In this document: positions 37,622-46,482 of the stretch, one piece after another
Layout: every line of letters starts with the position of its first letter
Position numbering within the stretch: the stretch's first letter is position 1
Virus record (IMG/VR): IMGVR_UViG_3300044632_000832
Span: 1 to 56,536 of that record
Length of the DNA stretch: 56,536 bases
Source: a virus
Lineage: Duplodnaviria; Caudoviricetes
Direction: 5' to 3' (one strand)
Translations under genes and position numbers: made by a program
Notes under the pieces: model-generated
Seen by the model: the letters and a program-made list of their open reading frames with translations, nothing else
The model's database searches: none
Told to the model about the DNA's origin: nothing

Positions 37622-39151
37622 ATGGATCTGTGGCCGCATCAGGTTCGTATCATTGGTGCCATCGAGGACAGGATGCAGTCCAAGGGGCATCGGCTCCTGA
37701 TCTCTGCTCCGACCGGGGCTGGCAAGTCTCGGTGCATGCTGGAGTTGTTCAAGGCGAACAGGCATCGGAAAGCCTGTCTCTACACCCACCGGCGGCTATT
37801 GCTCGATCAGTTGGCCCAGAACCTTCAGGATGCAGGTCTGGAGTTCGGGCTTCGTGCTGCAGGACACGACACGGATTACTCGAAGAACCTCCAGCTGTGC
37901 ATGATCCAAACGGAACACAGCAAGCGGGAGGATCGCGGCCTGCACGACGCAGAGCTGGTGATCATCGACGAGGCCCATGTGATCAAAGCCTCCATGGCGG
38001 AGGAGATTGTCTCAGAGCATGTCGATGGTGGCGCGTTGATTGTTGGCTTCACTGCCACGCCACTCGACCTCGGACACATGTACGACGAACTCTTTGTCGG
38101 TGCCGCCAACAGCCAGCTACGGGCCTGCGGAGCCCATGTGCCTTGCTACCACTATGCTCCCGACTCGGTGGATACCGCGAAGCTGAAGCGGCAAAAGACC
38201 GGCGAGTACTACCAGGGCGACGTACTGCGGGCGATCATGACGCCGACCATCATTGCCAGGGTGGTTGCCAACCACAAGCTACTGAACCCGGAGCAGCGGC
38301 CTGCAATCCTGTTCGCCCCAGGTGTCAGCGAGTCTCGTTGGTTTGCGGAGGAGTTGTGCAAGGCTGGCATTGAGTCGGGCCACATCGATGGCGAGTACAT
38401 CTGGATGGATGGCAAGACTGTCCCCAATACGACGATGTACCGAGAGGAGTTTCTTGGCAAGCTGCGGTCAGGCGAGATGAAGGTGGCGTGCAATCGATTC
38501 GTCCTGCGAGAGGGCATCGACGTACCGGAGCTGTATCACGCCATCTTTGCGACTTGCTTCGGGTCGCTGCAAAGCTACCTGCAGGCAGGCGGTCGTCTGC
38601 TGCGATCTCACTCGTCACTTAGTCATGTGATCGTGCAGGACCACGGCAACAACGTGCTGACACATGGCAGCTTGAACGCGGACAGGGAATGGGAGCTGAC
38701 GGCCACAGCTCAGAAGACGCTCTCCCAACGCATTGAGCGACTGAGGGAGCAGAAGGAAGAAGAGCCCATCATCTGCACAGAGTGCTTCGGCATTCGAGCA
38801 GGTGGACCTAGATGCCCTATCTGTGGGCATTGCGAGAACCGCAGGGTGAGAAGGGTTATCGAACTGGATGGCTCTCTGAGGATGGTGGAGGGACCACTCT
38901 ACAAGCCGATGAGGGTGGACAGGAAGCCAGGCTCGCTGGAGCGGTGGAAGAAGATTTACTGGCGGGCCAAGAATTCCAAGAACATGACGTTCCGGCAGGC
39001 CAGGTCACTTTATGCCAAAGAGAGCGGCGACTGGACCTACCCGAGTGCCTTCCTGCCGCTGATGCCGATTAACCCGGAGGACATGGTAGAGCGGGTACGC
39101 GATCTGCCATCGTGGAAGCTACGTCAATCGACAATGGAGGATGCTCAATGA
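37622..39151 (+). CDS. SF2 DEAH helicase (RadD/YejH-like) with zinc ribbon
   Basis: APTGAGKS, IIDEAH, FTATP, EGIDVP, QAGGRLLR, CTEC..CPICG. Confidence 0.9.
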   Translation: MDLWPHQVRIIGAIEDRMQSKGHRLLISAPTGAGKSRCMLELFKANRHRKACLYTHRRLLLDQLAQNLQDAGLEFGLRAAGHDTDYSKNLQLCMIQTEHSKREDRGLHDAELVIIDEAHVIKASMAEEIVSEHVDGGALIVGFTATPLDLGHMYDELFVGAANSQLRACGAHVPCYHYAPDSVDTAKLKRQKTGEYYQGDVLRAIMTPTIIARVVANHKLLNPEQRPAILFAPGVSESRWFAEELCKAGIESGHIDGEYIWMDGKTVPNTTMYREEFLGKLRSGEMKVACNRFVLREGIDVPELYHAIFATCFGSLQSYLQAGGRLLRSHSSLSHVIVQDHGNNVLTHGSLNADREWELTATAQKTLSQRIERLREQKEEEPIICTECFGIRAGGPRCPICGHCENRRVRRVIELDGSLRMVEGPLYKPMRVDRKPGSLERWKKIYWRAKNSKNMTFRQARSLYAKESGDWTYPSAFLPLMPINPEDMVERVRDLPSWKLRQSTMEDAQ

Positions 39152-39438
39152 ACCGGAAGTACCACACCAGGGCCAGCAAGAACGGCTTCTTTGCTTACGA
39201 GACCGATGTCGGCCTAGTAGCTGCCGCCGCTCAGATGTTTGCCCACTGCGGGAGCGGAGAAAAGCTCCGTTCCTATGCCGCTAAACTAGCCAGGGAGAAC
39301 GTGTCGGATCACGACCGCCAGCTGCTCGGTGCGATGTATGCCGCCAAGCGACAGATACTGATCGCACTGGGAAGCTGGGAGACGAAGGATGGACAGCTGC
39401 AACTGGATGGAGCCCCCAGCTATGAGCCAAACACTTGA
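39148..39438 (+). CDS. Hypothetical protein
   Basis: GGAGG RBS, ATGA-coupled to helicase. Confidence 0.55.
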   Translation: MNRKYHTRASKNGFFAYETDVGLVAAAAQMFAHCGSGEKLRSYAAKLARENVSDHDRQLLGAMYAAKRQILIALGSWETKDGQLQLDGAPSYEPNT

Positions 39439-40225
39439 GCATGCACTTGCCTATCTTGACATGGGACTCGCTGTCATTCCCATTGGCAGCGAAAGTAAGA
39501 TCCCGATGATCAAATGGAAGGAATACCAGACCAGATTGCCCACCCACGCAGAGGCGTCTAGCTGGCCCTGGGAGGGCATCGGGATGCTGACAGGTGCCGG
39601 AAGTGGCTATGTGGTCGTGGACTGCGATACACGCGAAGCTGGAGCCTTCTGGAGCCGTTTTAGGACCAGCACTCCCATGATCTGTCAGACGAAGCGTGGA
39701 TTCCACTTCTATTACCAGATGACCACCCCCATCCGCTCGGATGTTGGCATCCCCCTTTCGGGGGGTCTGTCGTACGACGTTAAGGGGGTGTCGAGCTACG
39801 CCATTGTGCCGCCAACAAAGGGCTACCAGTGGCTGCATGGGATCTACCCGGCAGACCAGCTACCCCGATTCAACGCCAGTTGGAGGCCGGATCGGAAGTC
39901 GGTTGCTGGTCCTGGCGGTGGGTATAATGTCAGCACGCGAGGTGGGGTCTATGCTCTCGGCCAAGTTGAAACGCTCATCCTGAACACAGCGATACGGGAC
40001 GCAGCTAATGGACGAAACCTCGCCGGATTCCGAGCGGCTATACAGCTCAGGGACAATGGATTTCCCATTGAGCATGCTCAAAGAGTTCTTGAGCAATTCG
40101 TCTGCGTCGTCGGGAACTACGGATCAAGCCGCTACACATCTGAAGAAGCCAGGCATTCCGTGCGAAACGCCTACTCACGCCCAGCCCGCTCACCATGGGA
40201 CTCGCTGCGTTCGTCTGTTCAATGA
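39422..40225 (+). CDS. Bifunctional DNA primase/polymerase (Prim-Pol) with PriCT-like C-terminus
   Basis: ALAYLDMGLAVIP, KIP..KWKEYQ, GIGMLTG..VVVDCD, TKRGFHFYY, GRN..GF. Confidence 0.88.
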   Translation: MSQTLEHALAYLDMGLAVIPIGSESKIPMIKWKEYQTRLPTHAEASSWPWEGIGMLTGAGSGYVVVDCDTREAGAFWSRFRTSTPMICQTKRGFHFYYQMTTPIRSDVGIPLSGGLSYDVKGVSSYAIVPPTKGYQWLHGIYPADQLPRFNASWRPDRKSVAGPGGGYNVSTRGGVYALGQVETLILNTAIRDAANGRNLAGFRAAIQLRDNGFPIEHAQRVLEQFVCVVGNYGSSRYTSEEARHSVRNAYSRPARSPWDSLRSSVQ

Positions 40226-40481
40226 GACCTTCCTCGTGGAGTTCGTCCCCAGGTCTCAGCTTGAGGATCATGGCGAGTGCGAGGATCCCCAGGGCTGCCA
40301 GTTTGAGATCCCTCGGATACGAATCAGGGATGACCTATCCGAGTTGGACACGCTCGTCACCCTCGTCCATGAGATGGCCCACGGCTGCAACTGGCGGTGG
40401 CTCTCCGAGGACTGGGTATCGGAGATGAGCGAACACATTGGTCGATCCCTCTACCAATTGGGGTATCGGCGTGTCGCGTAG
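40008..40481 (+). CDS. Small HExxH metalloprotease-like phage protein (true start probably near 40200)
   Basis: GECED...IRIR...LVTLVHEMAH...SEDWV; 5' part overlaps primase gene. Confidence 0.6.
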   Translation: MDETSPDSERLYSSGTMDFPLSMLKEFLSNSSASSGTTDQAATHLKKPGIPCETPTHAQPAHHGTRCVRLFNETFLVEFVPRSQLEDHGECEDPQGCQFEIPRIRIRDDLSELDTLVTLVHEMAHGCNWRWLSEDWVSEMSEHIGRSLYQLGYRRVA

Positions 40482-41235
40482 ATTCATCGCCTTCTCATGC
40501 CTTCACTTCCCAGAACACGACCCCTCCGCAATCGACTGGCTGCTAGCACAAATACGAGAGCAGCAGCCCAGCTATGTCGTCAGCCTGGGTGACATGATCG
40601 ACACGGCTTGCCTCTCTCGATTCTCGAAGGACTCGGTCGCCTCTCTGGCATCCGAGTATGCAGCGGTTGATCAGTTCTGCTCAGCAGTCAATGACGCAGC
40701 ACCGAAGGCCAAGCGTGTCTGGATTCAGGGCAACCACGAGCAGCGGATGTTTCGGGCTGAGCATGCTGCCCTCTCGGACATCCTCGACTACAGAAAGCAC
40801 ATCCGCTCCGCTCGCAACTGGAAACACATCCCCTACATCTACTCTCGACAGCATGTGTTTCGACTTGGCCCCGTCACCTTCCACCACGGCTTCAATTGCA
40901 GTGACAGTGGAATCAAACGCGAGGTCATCAACCTAGGCAATCCCAATGGGCTGGTCATCTCAGGCCACACTCATCGCCCACATGATGTGATCCCTGTCGC
41001 TTTTGGATCGACTGTAGTACCCTACTGGTACTCGAACCCAGGCACCTTCATCCGCCCAGAGCAGGGATACACGCACACTCTGGACACATCGAGATGGGGT
41101 ACTGGCGTCGTAGTTGGCGACACAATCACGAAACGGCAGGTCGGGAGTACTCCTGAATGGACCGCGAGCCTCATCACCTACAGGAACCACTGGGATGGCC
41201 CGAAGAATCGCTCCGGTCCCGAAGCTGACGCCTAG
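40471..41235 (+). CDS. Calcineurin-like metallophosphoesterase
   Basis: SCLH (for DxH), GDMID, GNHE, HHG, GHTH. Confidence 0.85.
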   Translation: MSRRFIAFSCLHFPEHDPSAIDWLLAQIREQQPSYVVSLGDMIDTACLSRFSKDSVASLASEYAAVDQFCSAVNDAAPKAKRVWIQGNHEQRMFRAEHAALSDILDYRKHIRSARNWKHIPYIYSRQHVFRLGPVTFHHGFNCSDSGIKREVINLGNPNGLVISGHTHRPHDVIPVAFGSTVVPYWYSNPGTFIRPEQGYTHTLDTSRWGTGVVVGDTITKRQVGSTPEWTASLITYRNHWDGPKNRSGPEADA

Positions 41236-41635
41236 GCAGAAACGAGTCTACGCACACCTCTGTCGCAAGATCAGGTTCCCGCTGGTGTACGGTCACGCTC
41301 GTGGCTGCTACATGGCTATCAACGACGCACTCGAAGAACTGCACGGGTCCGAGTCTGCCCACCCAGCTCTCAGTATTGAGATCTCGGAGGTACTGTCTAA
41401 GCGGTCCTGTCTCGTGCTGGAGTCGCTCGACATCCAGTCCGTTCAGCACCTGATCGACTGCGACTGGGAAGAGCTGCTAGAAGACATGAAGCAGCACAAG
41501 AAGTACGATGTGATGGTTGGCATGGAGGTGTCGAGAGTTCGCGAGAAGTACGAGAACGCGAACTATGCACCAAAGAAAAAGTCCCCACCGGCCTCGTCTC
41601 ATACCGGTGGGGACCATGCGCCACCAACAAGGTGA
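41195..41635 (+). CDS. Protein with RNA polymerase alpha-CTD-like domain
   Basis: ISEVLSKRSCLVLESLDIQSVQHLIDCDWEELL resembles RpoA LSVRS.N.L...I.T..DL......LL. Confidence 0.55.
   Translation: MARRIAPVPKLTPRQKRVYAHLCRKIRFPLVYGHARGCYMAINDALEELHGSESAHPALSIEISEVLSKRSCLVLESLDIQSVQHLIDCDWEELLEDMKQHKKYDVMVGMEVSRVREKYENANYAPKKKSPPASSHTGGDHAPPTR
41572..41614 (-). terminator. Intrinsic terminator ending the - strand early region
   Basis: 11-bp stem GTCCCCACCGG/CCGGTGGGGAC followed on - strand by TTTTTCTTT, at the convergence point. Confidence 0.75.
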
Positions 41636-41647
41636 CGCTTGTTCGTT

Positions 41648-42058
41648 CTAGCGATCAACCACGCCACATGGCGTACCGTCGACCAGTCGAAAGTGCCGAA
41701 GCAACTCCTCTGCATTATACTCAGCCAGGTTCACCAGGCCAACCTGCCGCAGAGTCACCAGCCAGGCACCAGACTCGTTGATTCGCACCCCAACGCAGAC
41801 ATGCATCGTGCCGTCTTCGCGAACCAGATGCTCGGAGATTAGCTGACGCAGCTCTGATTTACCAAGCGGCTGGTAGGTCTTTGGTGGTGCCACCCGAACG
41901 GTGAACCCATTGATGATCGCAGCGACCACATCCTCCACCTCGCTGAGTGGAGCCCATTGCCCATCGCTCGCCTCCCTGCGTTGGTAGAGAATCTCCTTGC
42001 CCTCGGACATTGCCCTCAGGAACGGCATCACCATCTTCGCGTCGTCGATCATGGACAT
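41648..42058 (-). CDS. Hypothetical protein
   Basis: AAGGAG RBS; C-terminal DGTPCG motif seen in phage proteins. Confidence 0.6.
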   Translation of the reverse strand: MSMIDDAKMVMPFLRAMSEGKEILYQRREASDGQWAPLSEVEDVVAAIINGFTVRVAPPKTYQPLGKSELRQLISEHLVREDGTMHVCVGVRINESGAWLVTLRQVGLVNLAEYNAEELLRHFRLVDGTPCGVVDR

Positions 42059-42504
42059 AGTGCATCTCCTTTGCCGGGTCTGTAATCTGGGGCCACGACG
42101 CCCTTGCCATCCATCGGGTGGTGGATCGCCACTCCCGCCTGCGCTCTACGAGCCATGATCTCGATCTTCTCTTCGCTGCCAGCACGGTACTGGCACGGTG
42201 CGTCTGCCATCGGCGGCTCCCACTCGTCCGGCGTTCCGGCGTAGGCACCTCCCAGATTCTGCACATGGCCTCGATAGTCCAGCGGATCGATCTCCCCGGT
42301 CTCGATCTTGGCAACGAGGTCTGTCAGACGCTCGATCAACCATAGTGGCATCTTTCTCTTGCGACGCATCTGCTCGGTAAAGTACGCACCGCTTGTCGTG
42401 TCAGCCGCCCTGGCGACCTCCACATAGGACAGGCTGTGGGCTCGCAGCCTCTGAGCGATATGCTCAGGCAGGTATGCGCTCCCCTCTGAATCAATCTCTA
42501 TCAT
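42049..42504 (-). CDS. Hypothetical protein with Planctomycete-type GSEEKI...HHP.D motif
   Basis: PCQYRAGSEEKIEIMARRAQAGVAIHHPMD. Confidence 0.6.
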   Translation of the reverse strand: MIEIDSEGSAYLPEHIAQRLRAHSLSYVEVARAADTTSGAYFTEQMRRKRKMPLWLIERLTDLVAKIETGEIDPLDYRGHVQNLGGAYAGTPDEWEPPMADAPCQYRAGSEEKIEIMARRAQAGVAIHHPMDGKGVVAPDYRPGKGDALCP

Positions 42505-42506
42505 GC

Positions 42507-42743
42507 CTAATCCTTTGACATCGTTGTTGCGAATGCCCACGCCGCCATGAAACAGATCACGGGGCCAAGCATCCAGGCTCCTGTTGGTATCGACCACCAC
42601 CACAGACCAAGCACCATTGCCAGGATGGACACGGGCAGCACGAGCCACTTCGGTGCGTCCATCCATGCTGCCGCCAAGGCAAAAGTCCCTGACAGCAAGA
42701 CTGTCGCCATCATTATCGAGGCAAGTATTGCTAGGTCTTCCAT
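42507..42743 (-). CDS. Small membrane protein
   Basis: Three hydrophobic segments; GGGGAG RBS. Confidence 0.6.
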   Translation of the reverse strand: MEDLAILASIMMATVLLSGTFALAAAWMDAPKWLVLPVSILAMVLGLWWWSIPTGAWMLGPVICFMAAWAFATTMSKD

Positions 42744-42746
42744 GAG

Positions 42747-43067
42747 TCACCCACTCCCCGCCTTGATCCACTCATTCATCGCGGCATTGACGCTGACACC
42801 AGAGGCGTACACATCCCCCAGCCAGCGGCCATACTTCTCCTTTCTCTTGGTCTTGACGAGTACCCATTGCCCGAACACCAGCTTCCGCAGGTACTCGGCA
42901 GCAGCTGGCCCTCGCTCCTCTCGCAGCTCTGGTGCCATGACATCACTCAGGCGAATGGTCTGCCTGGTCATGGTCACTCCCATGCCCAGGTCGACGTTTA
43001 CCTTGATCGTATCGCCATCAATGACTTCGGTCACGATGGCGTGGTAGGTATAAGGTTCAGGCTGCAT
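42747..43067 (-). CDS. Thermonuclease (SNase-like)
   Basis: VIDGDTI, IRL..VMAPE, KYGRWLG. Confidence 0.88.
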   Translation of the reverse strand: MQPEPYTYHAIVTEVIDGDTIKVNVDLGMGVTMTRQTIRLSDVMAPELREERGPAAAEYLRKLVFGQWVLVKTKRKEKYGRWLGDVYASGVSVNAAMNEWIKAGSG

Positions 43068-43068
43068 C

Positions 43069-43335
43069 CTATCTGCCTCTCTTTCCAAAGATTCTCTCCT
43101 CCATCGCCTCGTACTCTAGCTGCTCTGACGAAGTCCACAGGCAACGGACAGCACTGATCGCGGTCCACAGCCTTCCGTGTTCCTCGATGTCTCGCTTCGC
43201 CTTCGCATCTATCTCTGGATACATGTTGATGCATGGAGTCGACTCGTCTCCGCCTGCGTAGAACAAGAAAAGCACGAAGGCCGCAAGCATCAGCCAGCCC
43301 ACGGGATGGCAAAGCAAGAACAGTAGGATCCACAT
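43069..43335 (-). CDS. Small membrane-anchored protein
   Basis: AAGGAG RBS; hydrophobic N-terminus. Confidence 0.55.
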   Translation of the reverse strand: MWILLFLLCHPVGWLMLAAFVLFLFYAGGDESTPCINMYPEIDAKAKRDIEEHGRLWTAISAVRCLWTSSEQLEYEAMEERIFGKRGR

Positions 43336-43349
43336 CGCATTGCTCCTTG

Positions 43350-43508
43350 TTAGTTTTCGGATCGATGATAGTAGTTTGGACGCTCGTAGATAGAGTCACT
43401 GTCGCACCGCTGATGCAGCTTGACCGCGCTCCACACAAGCACGGACACGAGCGTCAGCAGGCATCCGATTGCGATCCCCAGCACCAGCCCCAGGATCACC
43501 CATGTCAT
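43350..43508 (-). CDS. 52-aa single-TM micro-protein (not in ORF track)
   Basis: MTWVILGLVLGIAIGCLLTLVSVLVWSAVK...; ATGA overlap with MazG stop. Confidence 0.55.
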   Translation of the reverse strand: MTWVILGLVLGIAIGCLLTLVSVLVWSAVKLHQRCDSDSIYERPNYYHRSEN

Positions 43509-43843
43509 TCGTCACCATCCTTGTCGGCACGGCGCAGAGCCTGATCGTTGCTGTAGGTGCCGCTGGGGTAACGCCTGGACAGCTTCCGCATGTTGGCCTC
43601 CAGCACCTGCTCCATGCTCATGCCACACACCTGGGCCAAGGCCACGGCATAGAACATGATGTCGCCCAGCTCCTCCAGGAGATTGTTGGTGTCGAGGTCA
43701 GCATCGTAGGCGTGCATCCGCTTGACGGTCGTCTGCACCTCCCCTGCCTCGGAGCCCAGGCCCAAGGCTGCATGCAGCAGGTCGTGGCTGAAGTCCACTC
43801 GCTTGAACAGCGCGGCCACCATCTCTTGGTATTCATCGATCAT
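43505..43843 (-). CDS. MazG-like nucleotide pyrophosphohydrolase
   Basis: LHAALGLGSEAGEV...EELGDIMFY...NMRKLSRRYP. Confidence 0.88.
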   Translation of the reverse strand: MIDEYQEMVAALFKRVDFSHDLLHAALGLGSEAGEVQTTVKRMHAYDADLDTNNLLEELGDIMFYAVALAQVCGMSMEQVLEANMRKLSRRYPSGTYSNDQALRRADKDGDE

Positions 43844-43914
43844 AGAGATCTCCAAGGTAAATCAGGATTGCAAAGTAGAAACCACCCACGCAGGCCACCG
43901 ACAAAGCCGCCTCA

Positions 43915-44136
43915 TTAGTCCACATCGCGATACTCGTTAATCTCGTCTCTTGTGATTTCATTGCCATTCGCATCCTCTGCGTACTCCAAGTGCAAGTCGT
44001 AGACGCTGACATCGTCGAACTCACACTCATTGAGTTCGACCTTGCGGCAGGCACCCTCCATGGTTGACGCCCACGCCACAGCGCGAATGAACACACCCTT
44101 CTGGACCTCGACGTTGAAGATGTACTTATTCATCAT
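43915..44136 (-). CDS. Small acidic hypothetical protein
   Basis: ATGA-coupled to csrA. Confidence 0.5.
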   Translation of the reverse strand: MMNKYIFNVEVQKGVFIRAVAWASTMEGACRKVELNECEFDDVSVYDLHLEYAEDANGNEITRDEINEYRDVD

Positions 44137-44300
44137 TGCCCTTCCCCTTTGATCTCAGATCGAACCACATGAACACTCTTGTCGGCTTCGATGCCAACCT
44201 TCACTCGCTTGCCCTGCACAGAGACAATGTGCAGCGTGATCTTCTCGCCATGCACATTGATCTCAATTGACTCCTGCTCCTTGCGTCCAAGCACCAACAT
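44133..44300 (-). CDS. csrA: Carbon storage regulator CsrA/RsmA homologue (55 aa, not in ORF track)
   Basis: MLVLGRKEQESIEINVHGEKITLHIVSVQGKRVKVGIEADKSVHVVRSEIKGEGQ*; AGGAG RBS; conserved MLVL.RK, V.VGIEA, V.R.E. Confidence 0.9.
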   Translation of the reverse strand: MLVLGRKEQESIEINVHGEKITLHIVSVQGKRVKVGIEADKSVHVVRSEIKGEGQ

Positions 44301-44310
44301 GATCGGTCTC

Positions 44311-44874
44311 CTACCACTTCGTGTTTTCTAGTTCATTCAAACGCTCTGTCGGATCCAGTTCCAACAGATAGATGCCAGTCGTCGTCACCTTGGTATGACC
44401 CAGCTGGCCCTGGATCAGGTCCATCCGTACGCCACCTCGGAACATGTGACTCGCTCCGCTGTACCGCATCTGGTGTGTGTGGATGCGCTTGTCGATACCC
44501 GCCTTATTGGCAAGCATCTTGTACGTCTTGTTGCAGTTGGTCTTGTCGAGGTGCGCCCCCTCCGGTGTGCAGAAGATCGGTGCCTTGGGGCCGAGGTCGC
44601 CACGGTACTGAAGCCAGTGATCCAGCTCACGCCGTGCATCTTCCGGCACATGCACCGTCCTGCTCTTGCCGCCCTTGCCGTTGCGGATCAGCAGGCAGTG
44701 CTGGTCCTTGCGGTAGTCCTTGGGCATCAGGTGCAGTGCCTCGCTAATGCGAAGCACGCATCGGTACTGGACGTAGATCAATGCCCTGTTCCGCTTGCCT
44801 GCAAACGACCTGCGGCAGCAGGCCATCATCATGCCGACCTCTTGGACGGTCAGAACCTCTCGTATCCATTTCAT
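44311..44874 (-). CDS. Minimal tyrosine recombinase (catalytic domain only, 187 aa)
   Basis: LRISEA (R), GKGGKSR (K), HQMR (HxxR), LGH, TTGIY (Y). Confidence 0.88.
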   Translation of the reverse strand: MKWIREVLTVQEVGMMMACCRRSFAGKRNRALIYVQYRCVLRISEALHLMPKDYRKDQHCLLIRNGKGGKSRTVHVPEDARRELDHWLQYRGDLGPKAPIFCTPEGAHLDKTNCNKTYKMLANKAGIDKRIHTHQMRYSGASHMFRGGVRMDLIQGQLGHTKVTTTGIYLLELDPTERLNELENTKW

Positions 44875-44887
44875 TGCTATGCCCTTG

Positions 44888-45106
44888 TTATCGAAGTCTC
44901 AGCGGCTTCCTCGTTAACGAATATCCAAACGCTGCACACAAACGGTCGAAACTGTTTGCTCCAATCCCCCTGGGGGCTTCCCCCCTCATCCACTTCCAGA
45001 GGGTAGTCCGGTCCACCTCTGCGATCTCCGCGATCCGCTTCAGCGTCACGCCCTGCTGCATGAGGTCGCGTATCTCATCCTGAATGATCTGACTCGGCGT
45101 TTTCAT
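44888..45106 (-). CDS. XRE/Cro-like HTH regulator
   Basis: TLKRIAEIAEVDRTTLWKWMRG. Confidence 0.8.
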   Translation of the reverse strand: MKTPSQIIQDEIRDLMQQGVTLKRIAEIAEVDRTTLWKWMRGEAPRGIGANSFDRLCAAFGYSLTRKPLRLR

Positions 45107-45317
45107 GTGGCCCTCCCAATCGATCCAGCTGCCAGAGGTAAACGGCCTCCAGCGTGGTGACTATCAGGCCGCAGGTCGTCCTCCACGACATCAGCGTCCC
45201 GACCTTGGCAGCACTCCGCAGCGTCTGCCGAGGGATGCCAACGTGCCTGGCTATGTGGCTGATGCGCCACATCCTGCGCACATCAGTATCCACCAGCATG
45301 TCGTCGCGGTACATCAC
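45075..45317 (-). CDS. Small HTH-like protein
   Basis: ISHIARHVGIPRQTLRSA. Confidence 0.5.
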   Translation of the reverse strand: MMYRDDMLVDTDVRRMWRISHIARHVGIPRQTLRSAAKVGTLMSWRTTCGLIVTTLEAVYLWQLDRLGGPHENAESDHSG

Positions 45318-45703
45318 ACCAGCTTCTCGATGAATAGGTCTGTGTCGAGCAGGTCGCTGATCATCGTGTCGTAGTCGCGTTGCAGGTATGACCGCAGCTT
45401 CGCCTGCCGATCTCGGTACTGCTCGCTGCCTGGGTATCCCCTGCCAGGAGGCAACACATCGTAGCTCCGCAGGGCCGAGATCACATGGCTGTTGCTGTCG
45501 CAGACGAACACAGTGTCATGCTCCGCTTCACCATCCCAGTTCGACCGAAAGCCGACACTGACGACGTACCTGTCGCCAACCTGATAGATGCTGCTGGTGT
45601 ACCAGCGTAGTGCTTCGAGATGCTCTGTGTCCGCCTCGGCTACCAGCACTCCATCAAACTGAAGCGGAGGCATGCCCGTCCTTTGTAGCGTATACGTTTT
45701 CAT
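45314..45703 (-). CDS. Hypothetical protein
   Basis: AAAGGA RBS; L.R.G.PPL.F.G...RW..IY...GRYV...W.GE phage motif. Confidence 0.6.
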   Translation of the reverse strand: MKTYTLQRTGMPPLQFDGVLVAEADTEHLEALRWYTSSIYQVGDRYVVSVGFRSNWDGEAEHDTVFVCDSNSHVISALRSYDVLPPGRGYPGSEQYRDRQAKLRSYLQRDYDTMISDLLDTDLFIEKLV

Positions 45704-45715
45704 TCTTTGTCCTTT

Positions 45716-45754
45716 CAAGAAAGCCGACCGGAATTATGACAGCTCCGGTCGGCT
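45716..45754 (-). terminator. Possible intrinsic terminator/hairpin
   Basis: 11-bp stem AGCCGACCGGA/TCCGGTCGGCT, then TTCTT on - strand. Confidence 0.5.
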
Positions 45755-45769
45755 GATCAACCCCAGGTG

Positions 45770-46009
45770 TTACTGTTCGTTGGCATACGGATCTTCGTAT
45801 GCCCACTGGCACAGCCATGCGGGAGGAACCTCCAGCACTTCAGCCAACTTTCCCACGAACGCCAGCGAAGGCTCCTTCTTTCCCTGCTCCACCTCGGAGA
45901 CGTAGGACTGGCAGCTCTGAATTCGCTTCGCCAGCATATCCTGGGACATGTTCACTTCTTTCCTTCGAGCCGCCACATAGGCACCAAGTCGCTTGATATC
46001 AATATTCAT
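45770..46009 (-). CDS. XRE-family HTH regulator
   Basis: RRKEVNMSQDMLAKRIQSCQSYVSEVEQGKKEPSL...LAEVLEV. Confidence 0.85.
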   Translation of the reverse strand: MNIDIKRLGAYVAARRKEVNMSQDMLAKRIQSCQSYVSEVEQGKKEPSLAFVGKLAEVLEVPPAWLCQWAYEDPYANEQ

Positions 46010-46019
46010 CGCAGCACTC

Positions 46020-46427
46020 CTATTCCAAGATCTCGATTTCACCCTTAACCGTCGTTGCTCCCTTGCGAGGAGCCTTCGGCATGGCATCCAACGCCTTCTC
46101 GACCATGCGGTCGACTTCCTCGTCGACATCACCCAGCAGGTTGTCGATGGTCTCGGCATTGCTGGGATCCATGCAGAACGCGACCGCCTCGATAGCCAGT
46201 TGGGTGGCGGCCTGCACATCCTTGTTGCTGCTGTGGTACGCGATCCACTTCGCGACCTTGAGCCACGGCACCGAAGCCGTAGGCCGGACCATGTAGTCCT
46301 GGCCCTTACTGATGCTGGCCTTCACTCGGAGGGTAATCACCTGATCCACCTCGTACTTGCCAGCGGTCAGGTCCGGCAGGTCTTTTGCCAGCAGCTTGCC
46401 AATCGCCACCATCGATGCATTGTCCAT
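46020..46427 (-). CDS. Hypothetical protein
   Basis: AAGGA RBS; directly downstream of consensus promoter. Confidence 0.6.
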   Translation of the reverse strand: MDNASMVAIGKLLAKDLPDLTAGKYEVDQVITLRVKASISKGQDYMVRPTASVPWLKVAKWIAYHSSNKDVQAATQLAIEAVAFCMDPSNAETIDNLLGDVDEEVDRMVEKALDAMPKAPRKGATTVKGEIEILE

Positions 46428-46482
46428 AGCTTTGTCCTTCTTTGTTTGGGGCCAGCGGCCCTTCCAGTAACGTGACGCTCTC

